This document shows positions 62,842-64,000 of a DNA stretch of 64,000 bases, in pieces. The stretch lies in the NCBI RefSeq assembly GCF_009914755.1, contig NC_060932.1. The stretch is one strand, 5' to 3'. Made by a program: the position numbers and the translations under genes. The notes under the pieces are model-generated. The model had not been told where the DNA came from and did no database searches. It saw nothing but the letters and a program-made list of their open reading frames with translations. Within the stretch, counting starts at the first letter, position 1. Every line of letters starts with the position of its first letter. This DNA comes from the human T2T-CHM13v2.0 reference genome, Homo sapiens.

Positions 62842-63665
62842 TTGGCCACGTTGTTCTAACACAGCAAAGCTTTGGAGTAAATGAACTGACCCTCCCAAGG
62901 CAGTGCCTCTTCTTTCATTCGGAGCAGAGTCCTCCACCTCACCCAAAGAACATATGGGAAAATTATAGACACGAAAAGACTCATCTTACAAGATAAAGAT
63001 TTGAAAAAAATATGTCTTAGAATTAGACACTTAAACTAGTCCTATAAAAACTACACAAGAAGTTGGAATACTGCAGTGCTACCAATGACTGTTGATTCTT
63101 ACCACCCAAGCTAGAACACAAACACTACTAAAACTAGTTACTCCACTCACGTAAGTAAAACACAGCCGTTTAATTTACTTTGACAAGTACCAAACATAGT
63201 TATTCTAAAAACATCATTATGTCAAACGACAGTGTGTAACAGATTAGTATACAAATACACATGGGCACGTTTGTCGTCATGTCTCCCCCGTCCTGCGTCG
63301 CCCCCATTGAAAGCCAGACAGACATAATGCTGACTTACATGGTGGCCCCTAAGCCGGCTAACAATATATACAAGACATGTGACAAGCTTTCTAACTCAAA
63401 CATTTGCATGTCTACTATGTACAAGTCATCATGTTATCCCACTCAGGACAACCAAAGATGAAATGTTTCTAACCTCAAGAAGCTTAAAATTTAGATAATA
63501 ATATGTATGTGTATATATACGTTATACAGGTAATGTATAATATATATATACACATAGGTAACACATATAAAGCATATTGTATGTAATGTTTGTAAGCACT
63601 TGTGTTAAGTCTGAAATTAATCTGAAGGGGAGCGAGGAAAGAGCTGAAAGACTCCAAAGAGTCTA

Positions 63666-63991
<326 letters not shown>

Positions 63992-64000
63992 ACCAGAGTC

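Overview
This is non-coding human genomic DNA. An AluYa5 carrying all five diagnostic substitutions and an L1PA2-like insertion point to human. About half or more of the window is interspersed repeats: roughly 38 Alu elements or monomers, L1 fragments of several ages, L2 and MIR, a decayed ERV1 (MER4-group) provirus end, several solo LTRs, a full-length THE1B and Tigger/MER5 DNA transposon fossils. I found no credible protein-coding exon, RNA gene or CRISPR array; the ORF track mostly reflects Alu, L1 and MaLR translations. The strand bias of L1s and LTRs suggests a long intron of a minus-strand gene, which I cannot name. The most unusual signal is a cluster of locally templated rearrangement scars, in which sequence copied from 0.3-2.4 kb away is often joined through fold-back hairpins and microhomologies (25722-26256, 50373-51931, 52155-54727, 3556/5595). 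Also notable are an L1PA2 with an apparent 17-nt 3' transduction, a tail-to-tail fused inverted Alu pair and a candidate minus-strand mini-exon with a split Kozak ATG. I see no evidence of a novel protein-based system. Repeat subfamily names come from recalled consensus sequences, and boundaries of old repeats are approximate.
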